From: Candidatus Poribacteria bacterium
GTDB taxonomy: Bacteria > Poribacteria > WGA-4E > WGA-3G
DNA length: 64,000 bases
Assembly: GCA_963663765.2 (NCBI GenBank)
Contig: CAXXUA010000005.1
Span: 192,001 to 256,000 of the forward strand
Direction: 5' to 3'
Positions 30,166 to 40,400 of this stretch are shown here, piece after piece. The notes below the pieces were generated by a model, which made no database searches, was not told where the DNA came from, and was given only the letters and a program-made list of their open reading frames with translations. The position numbers and the translations under genes were made by a program. Within the stretch, counting starts at the first letter, position 1; every line of letters starts with the position of its first letter.

Positions 30166-30945
30166 ATGCTGTCTACTGAACAATTAAAGCACTTTGAAGA
30201 ACGGGGATATTTGATTCTTTCTGGATTGATTCCCACAGGGACTGTACAGAAAGCTGAGAAAGCGATGTGGCATTGTTTGGGTATGGACGAAACTGATTCT
30301 GACACATGGGAAGAGGTGCAACGTCCATTTCTTACTGGTTTTTATATTGAACGGATGGGAAATGGTAAACGGGTTGAACTCTATGGTGTGACTCATCCGG
30401 ATGTGTTAGCATGTTGTACACCAGAATATCTTACTGTCCTAAAACAACTTGCTGAAAAATATCCAAATATCCCACATTGTAAGAGTCAAGAACCAGATGG
30501 CATTTGGGCAATAAACCAATTTCCGATAGATGGTAAGTGGAAACCTTCTACGCCACATCTTGATGGAGACTTCCGAGATTTACGATTGGATCCTGGAACG
30601 TTTCGAACAACGAGTTTAACCTATCTCACCGATTCCAATTCTCAACAAGGAACGACTATGATCTGGCCGGAGGGTGCGGAACGGATACGAGCGTTTCGCA
30701 AAAAGAATCCGGAATTTTCTAACCATGTGCGTGATATGCGTGCACATTTTCCGAAGTTGGATTTGGGAGAACCGATGGAAGTTGTTGCTAAACAAGGAGA
30801 TGTCCTGTTTTTTCATCATCTATTGCCACATTCTGGAACGATGAATGTTGGCACTTCGCCGCGTTTCGCTATACGTTATATGTGTCTGTGCTATGATTGC
30901 CGCGCTTGGCAGAAAAAAGGGGAGTGGAATGTCTGGATGCCGTAG
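30166..30945 (+). CDS. Phytanoyl-CoA dioxygenase (PhyH) family protein
   Basis: FEERGYLIL, HLD iron ligands, GDVLFFHHLLPHSG...R. Confidence 0.88.
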   Translation: MLSTEQLKHFEERGYLILSGLIPTGTVQKAEKAMWHCLGMDETDSDTWEEVQRPFLTGFYIERMGNGKRVELYGVTHPDVLACCTPEYLTVLKQLAEKYPNIPHCKSQEPDGIWAINQFPIDGKWKPSTPHLDGDFRDLRLDPGTFRTTSLTYLTDSNSQQGTTMIWPEGAERIRAFRKKNPEFSNHVRDMRAHFPKLDLGEPMEVVAKQGDVLFFHHLLPHSGTMNVGTSPRFAIRYMCLCYDCRAWQKKGEWNVWMP

Positions 30946-31099
30946 AAATGATCCGTATTCAAGTCTTTTCAAACGTTACACTTATCCATCCAAGCAATAT
31001 TATTATTATTTATGAATCTTTACAACATTCTATCGAAATTGATTATTTTACATGTTATGAGTAATTAACTATAATTTACTACCAAAATTGGAGGATATT

Positions 31100-31891
31100 A
31101 TGAACCAATATCTTGAACGAAATATGTCAACATTAAAATATGGTAAATACCACAATTCTATTTTTTCAATGTGTTTTGTTATTATATTCGTTTTTAGTCT
31201 ATTTCTGGTACAGGCTACAATTGCTCAAACGGTCTTAGTTGAAACTGGATTTGAGGAATTTGATCTCGGTGTTGCACCCACAGATTGGGCAGTAAGAGGG
31301 TCTCAGATCGTCGTGTCCGATGACACAGTAAAGACCGGTGAGAAAGCACTCGGAATTTTGGGAGCCAATGACGATAATGTCGGAGTCGCAATAGAAACCG
31401 AAAACCCTATTATCTCAGTAGAATTTTGGGCATACATCAAGGGTGGGGGTCGATCGTTTAATTTCAAAGTAGTTACAAATGAATCAGTTGGAATAAACGA
31501 TGGTGGTGTCTATCTTAATTGGAATGCAAACGCAACCCGAATATACGACGGGTCTGCTTGGGTTCCAGTTGGTGAATTTCCTTTTGAAACTTGGAAATAT
31601 GTTAGGATTGTCGCTGATGCAACGAACAGTGTATTTGATTACTATGTCGGGGATGATCGTGAATCAGTTTTGTTAGCTGATCCGATTTCAGGACTTGCAT
31701 TTCGGAATGCTGCTGAAAATCCTGTTGCACAGTGGGTTTCATTTCATGTTTATTCCACAGTTGCTCAAGGTTTCATAGATGACCTACTTGTCTACGAAGG
31801 TGCGGATCCGCCTTCCCTTACACCTGTTGATCCAAAAGGAAAACTCGCAACCTATTGGGGGCATGTCAAAAAGCAATCCACGTTTAAATAG
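31100..31891 (+). CDS. Secreted beta-sandwich (LamG/lectin-like) protein with C-terminal VDPKGKLATYWG motif
   Basis: Signal peptide; paralog of the next gene. Confidence 0.7.
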   Translation: MNQYLERNMSTLKYGKYHNSIFSMCFVIIFVFSLFLVQATIAQTVLVETGFEEFDLGVAPTDWAVRGSQIVVSDDTVKTGEKALGILGANDDNVGVAIETENPIISVEFWAYIKGGGRSFNFKVVTNESVGINDGGVYLNWNANATRIYDGSAWVPVGEFPFETWKYVRIVADATNSVFDYYVGDDRESVLLADPISGLAFRNAAENPVAQWVSFHVYSTVAQGFIDDLLVYEGADPPSLTPVDPKGKLATYWGHVKKQSTFK

Positions 31892-31950
31892 TACCGATTT
31901 CCCTTTGGCTTTTCAATTGTTGCATTAAATTTGCTTTCAAGGAGGAGATA

Positions 31951-32742
31951 ATGTATAAAAATCAGAGTCGCATAAGTAATGGATGTACCACCACAAGAAC
32001 ACTCCATCTTGTGGTGGGATCATTGCTTTTTTTAGTATTTTCTATGAGTCTTCTTGTTGTATCCACGGTATGTGCACAAGAAGTGTTTTTACAAACCGGG
32101 TTTGAGAAAGACACGGTTGGAAATCCACCTAATGATTGGGAAGTACAAGCAGAGATGATGGAAGTGTCAACTGAAAAAGCAAAGACCGATAATAAATCTC
32201 TCGCAATTTTAGGGGGTGCTAATGACGAAACTATTGGAGTGCTAATAGAAACTGACAATTCAATTATCTCCGTTGAATTTTGGGTTTATATTATGAGTGG
32301 TGGTCGCTCGTTCAATTTCAAAGTCGTTTCATCTGATAATATTGGGATAAATGATGGTGGTGTATATATTAATTGGGACAATAACACAGTCCGACTCTTT
32401 AACGGTGCTGCATGGGTGCATATTGACGATTTTGAAACGGATACCTGGAAATATGTGCGTGTTGTTGCAGATGTCAAAAAAAGTGAATTCGAGATGTATA
32501 TTGGAAACGATAGAAACCAAGCTTTAAAAGATAGAGGACATGATGGACTTGCATTTAGGAATGCAGCCGTAAATCCAACTACGCAATGGGTGGCTTTTCA
32601 TGTCTATGGGATCCTTTCACCGGGTTATGTAGATGATTTGCTGATTTATGAAGGGAGTGAACCTTTGAATCTTGATGTTGATCCGAAAGGAAAGTTGGCG
32701 ACAACATGGGGAAATATCAAAAGCACCTCCGTACAGCAATAA
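31951..32742 (+). CDS. Secreted beta-sandwich protein paralog with C-terminal VDPKGKLATTWG motif
   Basis: Shares ISVEFW, GGRSFNFKVV, GINDGGVY and TWKYVR with the preceding gene. Confidence 0.7.
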   Translation: MYKNQSRISNGCTTTRTLHLVVGSLLFLVFSMSLLVVSTVCAQEVFLQTGFEKDTVGNPPNDWEVQAEMMEVSTEKAKTDNKSLAILGGANDETIGVLIETDNSIISVEFWVYIMSGGRSFNFKVVSSDNIGINDGGVYINWDNNTVRLFNGAAWVHIDDFETDTWKYVRVVADVKKSEFEMYIGNDRNQALKDRGHDGLAFRNAAVNPTTQWVAFHVYGILSPGYVDDLLIYEGSEPLNLDVDPKGKLATTWGNIKSTSVQQ

Positions 32743-32778
32743 GGTAACTCATTCAAACACAATTCCACATGAATTTAG

Positions 32779-33603
32779 GTGATGGCTATGGACGCTGGAA
32801 ATGTGCATCTCACATCTGCACAAAGGTTACATTTTGATATTTATGGGTTTGTTCTGTTGGAGAACGTACTTACCACCGATGAAATTGAGCGAATGAAGAA
32901 CGCGCTGTACAGAATTAAAGCATCTGAAAACCTTGATGGAACGAGGGTTTATTGCAATTGGCGTGGTGAACACCATGCACACATGGGAAATCTGGTAGAA
33001 TATGATCCTGCGCTGTTAGAATATGCTGCACACCCCAAACTTGTGCCGCTTGTGGAGGAGGTTGTTGGTGGAAAAGTGCGTCTTGAAGAGACAGAGGCAA
33101 TTATCAACCGAAGAAACCCGGATCATGCTTTAGAGGAACTTCATAAACGACGGTATAATCCCACGGGTTTTCATCGTGGTACTAAACACGGCTGGGGTAC
33201 CTATATTGAGCAGGACAAATTCCATTGTATCTTTGTGAAGACACTTGCATACTTGACTGATGTGGGACCTGATGATGGAGGAACGTGTGTAATTCCTGGC
33301 AGTCACCGCTTGACGTGGAATCAAAAGGAAATGGTTGAAGCTGCTCTCTCTGATGACAAACTCATCCATCAGGTTGAAGCGTCTGCAGGTTCTGTGCTAC
33401 TTTTTGCTGAGGCGCTCATTCACAGCACGACTGCCATACGTAGCGATAAAGAACGGGTTATCCTGATTGCGGGTTATACACCACCGATGGTGCGCGAATG
33501 GCCGGGTAACGAGGTGAGTCCGGAGTTTATTCAGACACTTCCTGAAGATATTCGTCCGCTAATCTCTGGTAGTGATAGTTGGCACTGGCAGCGTCGTTAT
33601 TGA
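32779..33603 (+). CDS. Phytanoyl-CoA dioxygenase (PhyH) family protein
   Basis: FDIYGFVLL, YLTDVGPDDGGTCVIPGSH and GSVLLFAEALIH motifs. Confidence 0.88.
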   Translation: MMAMDAGNVHLTSAQRLHFDIYGFVLLENVLTTDEIERMKNALYRIKASENLDGTRVYCNWRGEHHAHMGNLVEYDPALLEYAAHPKLVPLVEEVVGGKVRLEETEAIINRRNPDHALEELHKRRYNPTGFHRGTKHGWGTYIEQDKFHCIFVKTLAYLTDVGPDDGGTCVIPGSHRLTWNQKEMVEAALSDDKLIHQVEASAGSVLLFAEALIHSTTAIRSDKERVILIAGYTPPMVREWPGNEVSPEFIQTLPEDIRPLISGSDSWHWQRRY

Positions 33604-33691
33604 CACATCATAACACAATAAACAGAGTTGTAACTCATCCATACAATAATGGACATTTCTACAAGACCTTGTAATACCAAAATGCGACATG

Positions 33692-33759
33692 GTAGTAGGC
33701 ACACTCCGCGTGCCGTTTTTAGACTGAAACACGGAGAACCCACGGAGTGTACCTACTAC
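33692..33759. repeat. GTAG-type REP inverted pair
   Basis: GTAGTAGGCACACTCCGCG...CACGGAGTGTACCTACTAC. Confidence 0.8.
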
Positions 33760-33815
33760 TTTGCACTGATGCAATTATAACTAACTATTAGTAAAACTCA
33801 TTGACTTTCAATTTA

Positions 33816-34127
33816 TTATAGTAAAATCCATAATTACATTGACACCTATGGTTCGGTTTCCTAACCGAACCATAGGTGTCAATGTATGAAAAAAGTGTTG
33901 GTGTTTCTCTTGTGGGAGGGGTTTTCAACCCCGATTTGAGAGGAAAAGCGCGTAAATTCGGGGTTGAAAACCCCTCCCACAAGAGGTCAAATCCTTAAAT
34001 TGAGGCTTATGGTTCGGTTTCCTAACCGAACCTGTATAAAACTGGCAGAATACGCGTATGATTTTCTGTATTGGTTAGAAACCGCACCTACCAGGGAGTG
34101 TAGACATATTTTTAGATTTCACTATAA
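33816..34127. mobile_element. Composite MITE/REPIN-like element with several internal palindromes
   Basis: Ends TTATAGTAAAATC / GATTTCACTATAA; internal hairpin 33835-33886; perfect 28-bp inverted repeat 33907-33934 / 33958-33985. Confidence 0.75.
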
Positions 34128-34167
34128 ACTAAAAAACCCTGCACAATGTATAACTACCATCAATGAA

Positions 34168-35679
34168 TTATGCTCCTGAAGTTCTTGGTGCAGGCAAAGA
34201 TTCTTTTCCCATTTCCGCGAACAGTAGTTTCATCACTAACTCTGCTTTTAATTCAGCATGATTGGGTGAATTCCATAGATTATTGATTTCATCTGGATCA
34301 TCATGCATGTCAAACAACTCACCATACTCCCGATTGTAGTAGACGGTAAGTTTATATCGGTCATCCACAAAAGTCTTTACGTGAACGGTTGTTGGTTCAT
34401 GGTGATTTTCAACGATGATATGGTCGCGCGCTTGGTCTTCCTGACCATACCAAACTGGTGTCTGATCTACACCAGTCATCTGTAGCGGGATGTCAATCCC
34501 TGCAGCACTGAGGAATGTAGGTGCTAAGTCTACTAATGTTTGTAATGCATCAGATTGTTTTCCTGCAGGAACTATCCCTGGATACTGAACGAGAAAAGGC
34601 ACGCGTATCACATCCTCGTAATGGAAAGCACCCTTTGCGATGAGTCCGTGTTGTCCATAGAAGTGTCCATGGTCGGAGGTGAAGACGACCAATGTGTTAT
34701 CGGCAAGACCGAGTTCATCAAGTTTTCCCATGATTTGCCCGATATACTTATCCATCAGACTGACCATACCGTAATAAACAGCAATATCCTTTGCGAGTTC
34801 ATCTCTATCCCGTAGATGCGACCTGAAACCGTGTACACCTTTTCCTGTTTCACGCCAATCGGAGAAATCTGGTTTGCGTTGTTGGGTCATCTGAAAATGT
34901 GGTGGGTTATTGTCATGCTCACCCTCTGTTACGGATGGCACCGTCAATGCTTCTGGGTCGTACATTGTGTCCCATGGTTCAGGTACAAGATATTTTGGGT
35001 GCGGATCGAAGAAACTTGCCCACAGGAAAAAGTTCTCTCCGTTCTGCTGATATTGTTCCATGAGTGCGTTTGTGCGTTCAGCGATCCATGTATCGTAGTG
35101 GTATTCTTCAGGGATTGGCCATTTTCTGTATTGTCCTTTGGCGTTGCCTGTTGGCGGAGAAAAATAGTCACGCCAATTGGTGCACCCCTTTTCTTCCATC
35201 CATATTGCGTAGTGTTGACCGACATGTGCTTCATCTGCGTGATTTCGTGCGAGTTCTACATGCTCAAATCCGTAAAACGGATCGCTGAAGTTTCTCCAGA
35301 AATCTAAGTCTTGTAAGATAGGATAGGATTCCAAAGATGGGAATTCATCTGAACCGCGTAAGGGTTGGAAATGTGCTTTACCAACTAACGCGGTTTTGTA
35401 GCCAGCATTCATGAAATCTTCACCGACGGTATGTTCATCTTCTAAGAGTTTTGTTCCGAGTGACCATGCACCGTGTTGACTAGGATATTTGCCCGTAATG
35501 ATGGATGCCCGGGTTGGTGTGCATGTTGGGTTTGGACAGTAGGCACGATGAAAAAGGGTGCCATCTTGCGCCATTGCATCTAAATGGGGTGTTTGTATCT
35601 CAGGATTTAGACATCCCAATGTGTTCCAATGTTGTTGGTCGCTTGTGATTAGCAATATGTTCGGTCTGGTGTTATCCAT
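34168..35679 (-). CDS. Cys-type sulfatase
   Basis: PNILLITSDQ, CTPTRAS (CxPxR), GKAH and TSDHG motifs. Confidence 0.95.
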   Translation of the reverse strand: MDNTRPNILLITSDQQHWNTLGCLNPEIQTPHLDAMAQDGTLFHRAYCPNPTCTPTRASIITGKYPSQHGAWSLGTKLLEDEHTVGEDFMNAGYKTALVGKAHFQPLRGSDEFPSLESYPILQDLDFWRNFSDPFYGFEHVELARNHADEAHVGQHYAIWMEEKGCTNWRDYFSPPTGNAKGQYRKWPIPEEYHYDTWIAERTNALMEQYQQNGENFFLWASFFDPHPKYLVPEPWDTMYDPEALTVPSVTEGEHDNNPPHFQMTQQRKPDFSDWRETGKGVHGFRSHLRDRDELAKDIAVYYGMVSLMDKYIGQIMGKLDELGLADNTLVVFTSDHGHFYGQHGLIAKGAFHYEDVIRVPFLVQYPGIVPAGKQSDALQTLVDLAPTFLSAAGIDIPLQMTGVDQTPVWYGQEDQARDHIIVENHHEPTTVHVKTFVDDRYKLTVYYNREYGELFDMHDDPDEINNLWNSPNHAELKAELVMKLLFAEMGKESLPAPRTSGA

Positions 35680-35688
35680 ATATCTCCT

Positions 35689-36912
35689 TTATGCCTTTCG
35701 TAATATCAGTAAGTATTCTGATTTCATGCCATCGGGGTTCTTGTTTTTCCTTGCACCAAACAGTTGTCTTGTCTTTATTTTGTCTTCGTATATTTTCACA
35801 AATTTGTATCCGCGTTCAGTGAAATATTCCATTAGTATTCGCCAGATTTCTACCTTGAAACCATCAATTGAAGGGTTGCCTACGAAGATGCAGGTGTTTG
35901 CATTCGGTTTGAGGGAAGTCATAGCATTTTCAAGTGCGTTGATGGTATGGCAGAAATAGGAGTCTAATAAGTTATTAAGGTCTTTTCGTTCTAAAGCGGT
36001 TCTGATAGAATCTAATGTTTCTGTCTGAATGATTCTATGTGCTTTTCGGTATGGTATTTCAAGTCGTGCTAATTCTCTAATCTCCTTTTCGGAATAGCCT
36101 AACCAGAACAGGTCTATTTTTGCTGTTCGCATATATTCCTGTGCTTGGAGATATGGAGGAGATGTAATTAGTGCGTCACATGCACGATCAACTTGATAGT
36201 GTGATGAATCAACACCACCACTGTATTCAACTCTATTCTTATGTCTTGGTGTTATACTAATGAAGTTGTTGATGTCTCGTAAAGTCTTTAGGGATAGACT
36301 ATAGACCATATCCTTTAATTCATCTTTCCATTTTGTCTTTAGAAGTTCTTTTATGTAACTTAGTTTCCGTTTTGATCTGTATAGTTTTGGTATTCGGTGT
36401 TCTGCATAGGAGAAGTGTCTACTGGTTTTTAGCAAAGCGGATTCTATAATCTGTGAATAGGAATTCTGTTCAATGTTCTTGGCATATCCCCAATATTTTG
36501 TTAGTTTCTCCAACATTTCTTGTGGATACCAATAATCAACATTTGACCATTTTGGCATGTAATGAAGTGCAGATTTATCCATTCCTTCTAAGAGTTGGCA
36601 CAAACGTCCTTTATTCAGTCGTTCTTTATGTGGATATATTTTTAGTGGAATAATGTGATTCAAAAGCGGATTCAGGTCAAGTAATAATGCGTTGCGTTGA
36701 CACAAATAAGCCTCTAATCCAACTGTTCCGGACCCCGCAAACGGATCAATAATCCAGTCTTCTTCATTGGAGAAAGAGTTAATAGCATATCTAACGACTT
36801 GCGGTATAAACTTTGCGGGGTAATAGAAAATTGCATGTGTTAAATAACCCGTGTCATTGATTTCAGGAACTAATTCTCGGAATGAAACCAACTCACACTG
36901 TATTTGATGCAT
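35689..36912 (-). CDS. DNA methyltransferase, probably N4-cytosine (SPPY type), orphan
   Basis: YPAKFIP, motif I DPFAGSGT, catalytic TSPPY. Confidence 0.88.
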   Translation of the reverse strand: MHQIQCELVSFRELVPEINDTGYLTHAIFYYPAKFIPQVVRYAINSFSNEEDWIIDPFAGSGTVGLEAYLCQRNALLLDLNPLLNHIIPLKIYPHKERLNKGRLCQLLEGMDKSALHYMPKWSNVDYWYPQEMLEKLTKYWGYAKNIEQNSYSQIIESALLKTSRHFSYAEHRIPKLYRSKRKLSYIKELLKTKWKDELKDMVYSLSLKTLRDINNFISITPRHKNRVEYSGGVDSSHYQVDRACDALITSPPYLQAQEYMRTAKIDLFWLGYSEKEIRELARLEIPYRKAHRIIQTETLDSIRTALERKDLNNLLDSYFCHTINALENAMTSLKPNANTCIFVGNPSIDGFKVEIWRILMEYFTERGYKFVKIYEDKIKTRQLFGARKNKNPDGMKSEYLLILRKA

Positions 36913-36955
36913 AGTAGTAACGTGTTCCTTCGCAAAAAAGCAATTCAGATACCGA

Positions 36956-38278
36956 CTATGTTTTATTTAGACAACACTGCTTGTATTTTCGTCCACTGCC
37001 ACACGGACAAGGTGAGTTTCGTCCAACTTTCTGTGATAGGGTTGTAACCGTTGGGGTTGTAACCGTTGGGGTTGTAACTATATTGGTTCTTCTCTTGCCT
37101 TGTCGCTTTTCCTGCAAGATTGGTATTATGCTATTAGCGGGTTTACCTGCTTGAAGTGCCTCCGCCATAAGTTTCATCGGTTCGTCAATGTGTTTAAAAA
37201 AATGTTTATATCCTTCGCAAAGGTAGTTAAGACCTTCTTCTCCATCAGGTGTTTTGATAATTCTGTTTTTTGGACAGCCTCCATTACAGACAAATTTGAC
37301 TTCGCATTTTTTGCAATATTCGGGTAGCGTGTCGCGTTTATCAGTGCCAAATTTTCGTTGAAACGGTGAATCTACCATGTCAGCAATTGAAGTTTCTTCA
37401 ATGTTGCCGATGAAGTATTCAGGAGTGACATAATGGTCGCAGGAATAAAGGTCACCGTTATGTTCAATTGCCATTGCATCGCCACATGTTTCGTTGAATA
37501 CACAGAGACTGGGGTTATATCCCAACCATGCTTCTAATGCGACATCAAAAATCTGGACGAATATTTTGCCGATGTCACTTACCACCCACTCATCAAAGAT
37601 AGTGGATAGGAATTTCCCGTATTGCTTTGCTGTGACAGAACGCGGGGACACATTTTCACCATCAAAATGCTCAACTGCTGGGATAAACTGCATAAACTCC
37701 ACACCAAGACCTTTGAAATATGAATACACCTCTTTAGGATAATCAGCATTGTGGTTGTTGACGACACATAGCACATTATAGTCTACCTTATGCTTCTGTA
37801 ATATCTCTAAACCACGTATTACCTGATGGGATGATGGACGTCCGCGTTTGTCGTATCTATATTTATCGTGTATTTCTGGTGGTCCGTCTATACTTATGCC
37901 TATTAGGAATTTGTTTTGTTTGAGGAATTGTCCCCATTCATCATCAAGTAGTGTCGCGTTAGTTTGGAATGTATTCTGTATCGTCATGCCGGGACGTCTA
38001 TATTTATATTGATAACGGACGGCTTGCCGGAAAAAATCCACCCCCATCAGCGTTGGTTCGCCGCCTTGCCACGCAAACGTCACTTCGTTTACCTGTTGTG
38101 CTTCAATGTATTGCTTGACGTAGTTTTCCAGAGTATCGTCTTGCATACGGAATGAAGAAGCTTTGGGATATAGTTTTTCTTTGTCCAGATAAAAGCAGTA
38201 TTCGCAATCTAAGTTGCAGATGGGTCCTATGGGTTTTGTCATGACATGAAATGCTCGTGGGGATTTGGCTTGAACCAT
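36956..38278 (-). CDS. Anaerobic sulfatase maturase (radical SAM/SPASM) with C-terminal SEC-C motif
   Basis: CNLDCEYCFY, WQGGEPTL, SPASM cysteines and GRNSPCPCGSGRKYKQCC. Confidence 0.96.
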   Translation of the reverse strand: MVQAKSPRAFHVMTKPIGPICNLDCEYCFYLDKEKLYPKASSFRMQDDTLENYVKQYIEAQQVNEVTFAWQGGEPTLMGVDFFRQAVRYQYKYRRPGMTIQNTFQTNATLLDDEWGQFLKQNKFLIGISIDGPPEIHDKYRYDKRGRPSSHQVIRGLEILQKHKVDYNVLCVVNNHNADYPKEVYSYFKGLGVEFMQFIPAVEHFDGENVSPRSVTAKQYGKFLSTIFDEWVVSDIGKIFVQIFDVALEAWLGYNPSLCVFNETCGDAMAIEHNGDLYSCDHYVTPEYFIGNIEETSIADMVDSPFQRKFGTDKRDTLPEYCKKCEVKFVCNGGCPKNRIIKTPDGEEGLNYLCEGYKHFFKHIDEPMKLMAEALQAGKPANSIIPILQEKRQGKRRTNIVTTPTVTTPTVTTLSQKVGRNSPCPCGSGRKYKQCCLNKT

Positions 38279-38535
38279 TTAATATTCCTCCTGCATTGTA
38301 TTTAGGGATAAGTTTAGCACATTGTGCATGATTCCACAAGTTAAAAGTGAAACAGGGGCAGAGGTGTCTAAAGTTTTTGTTGCTTATCTGAACCAGAATT
38401 TTCAAATCAAGAAATCAACGGTATGAATGCGCCTATGGCATACCTCGTCTTCCGTTTCTGCATTAGTCCTAGCACATTTAAGTATGAAAGTTGAAAGTTT
38501 AGTGGAGCGTTAGTTGCAAGCGGTAGCGGCAGCAT

Positions 38536-40035
38536 TTATCTGACATCGCTGAATATACTCCTACTCTGGTTCTCACGAAAAGAGAGTATTTTCTTTATTT
38601 TTCCTGGTTGTGCCCAGTTGCATTTTCCTGAACCATTTAGTTGTTGCAACAGCACTTGAATTTTTGGTTTTTTTAGTGCGTTCATTATTCTATTTGCGTC
38701 ATTTTCAGACCAGCTGGGAATAAAGGCATGCATTGCTTGATTGCCTTGCCACATTTGTCCATTGATACTACTTAACACAATTGGGGTAAAATGGTTTTTT
38801 CCATAAGCTTGCCATATTACTTTGAAAGGTGCGAAAGCATAAGGTCCAACACCGAATAGTTCCCACCAATTGCCTCTTTTCATTATTGCTTGTAACAGTG
38901 TCCCTTTACGATTTTGTAGCATATTCTTGTATTTCTGCAGATAGCGCCATAATGCATCATATTTCTGAATCTGTTTCCAATCTAATGGTATTGCAGTCTC
39001 TTTCTCATAAGGCAGTAGTATCCATTTGTGTGGTGATTGTAATGGTTGTCGCCAGTTCTCCTTTGTTGCGAGTGGAAACAAAAATTCTTCAGGTAGATGT
39101 TTAGGTTTTTTGTCAAAGATAAAGACACTGTTTGCGCCGCAAGTGTTCACACCTTGTCGAGGTTTTTGGTCTTGGGTTAACACTATCTCAAGTGTCTCGT
39201 CAGTAATGATTTCATCAATGAGTTTGACGATCCGCCACGGGTCGGTCGGATTCTTGTATGGAATTGCTTTATGTTCTATCCATTTTCCCTTCAATTCTTT
39301 GAAATAGGATGCTGGGAATTTCTGTTTGGCATCAATTCGGAATTTTGCACAGCAGTAAGCGGTACTGACCCTATCAAACACTTTGGTTGTCGTAAATTCA
39401 TATACAGAATCTATTGCATACATTCTTTGATTTGCATGGTAGTTTCTAAATCCGTCATGTGCACCATCACCAAAGAATAAAGATGTGGGTAGATAGAAAT
39501 ATGCAGTTCCGTTCTTTTTCAGTAGTTTTCCTAACGTAACTTTCAGCACTAACGCTGCTATATCAACGCGAGAAGAACCTAACAACATGCGTTGCGTATC
39601 TTGAACAAGTCCCTCTTGAATGAAATAGGGTTTTAGTTGAGTTTTGTAACCATAGGGTAAATCACTAAAGTTTGCCCAGGGTGGATTTCCTATTAGGATG
39701 TCGTATTGCTTCTCATGCTTTTCTGTGATTATATCTTGACAGAATATATTATCATCAGGAAAGTCTTTTCCAAAATCTTGTCGGACTTTTCTTTTAAATT
39801 GATCCAGGTGAGATGGGATAACTTCAATAAGGGTTAGACGGGATAGGCGTTCTGTGGTAATGGAAACACGATTATTTTGCGCGATATTCAGCATTGCTAT
39901 GACGAATGCACCTTGTCCTGCTGTAGGGTCACATAAGTGTGCGCCATTTAACCATGCGTCAAAGATATTCCATTTATTGATGAGCCATTCTGCCCATTTG
40001 ATGGGTGTAAAGACTTGTCCAATTTGATTTTCCAT
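38536..40035 (-). CDS. N6-adenine DNA methyltransferase (gamma class, Eco57I/TaqI-like), orphan
   Basis: GQVFTP, DPTAGQG and GNPPW motifs; C-terminal target-recognition region. Confidence 0.88.
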   Translation of the reverse strand: MENQIGQVFTPIKWAEWLINKWNIFDAWLNGAHLCDPTAGQGAFVIAMLNIAQNNRVSITTERLSRLTLIEVIPSHLDQFKRKVRQDFGKDFPDDNIFCQDIITEKHEKQYDILIGNPPWANFSDLPYGYKTQLKPYFIQEGLVQDTQRMLLGSSRVDIAALVLKVTLGKLLKKNGTAYFYLPTSLFFGDGAHDGFRNYHANQRMYAIDSVYEFTTTKVFDRVSTAYCCAKFRIDAKQKFPASYFKELKGKWIEHKAIPYKNPTDPWRIVKLIDEIITDETLEIVLTQDQKPRQGVNTCGANSVFIFDKKPKHLPEEFLFPLATKENWRQPLQSPHKWILLPYEKETAIPLDWKQIQKYDALWRYLQKYKNMLQNRKGTLLQAIMKRGNWWELFGVGPYAFAPFKVIWQAYGKNHFTPIVLSSINGQMWQGNQAMHAFIPSWSENDANRIMNALKKPKIQVLLQQLNGSGKCNWAQPGKIKKILSFRENQSRSIFSDVR

Positions 40036-40400
40036 TTGATTAGAGATTAGCAGTTTATTGTGCTTTTAGCAAGTTTTTTTCTTGTGTGTGAAGTTTTTTG
40101 CAATTGTCGGAATTGTTGGGATTGTCAGAATTGAGGATTACACTGATGATGCGGATTTCGCGGATTATTGCGTTGGTGTATTCTTAGGATCTCAGTTAAT
40201 TGTCTGAACAAGGATTTTCAGGATTTCCAGATTTACAGAATTATCTTCTGCTGAAACTACAAGTCTGTTTTACAAATCCCACCTCACAAGAGTGTTAATT
40301 AACATTACATGTCACTGAATAATCAAAAAGTATTTGAAAATAGTAGTGAATTTGGATAAAATGACAACAGATTAATCAGGAGACAGCGAAAAAAGAAAAC

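Noticed and set aside
37039-37078. 15-bp repeat (TTPTV) in the maturase linker as a functional element
   Set aside because: Short in-frame slippage in a low-complexity linker.
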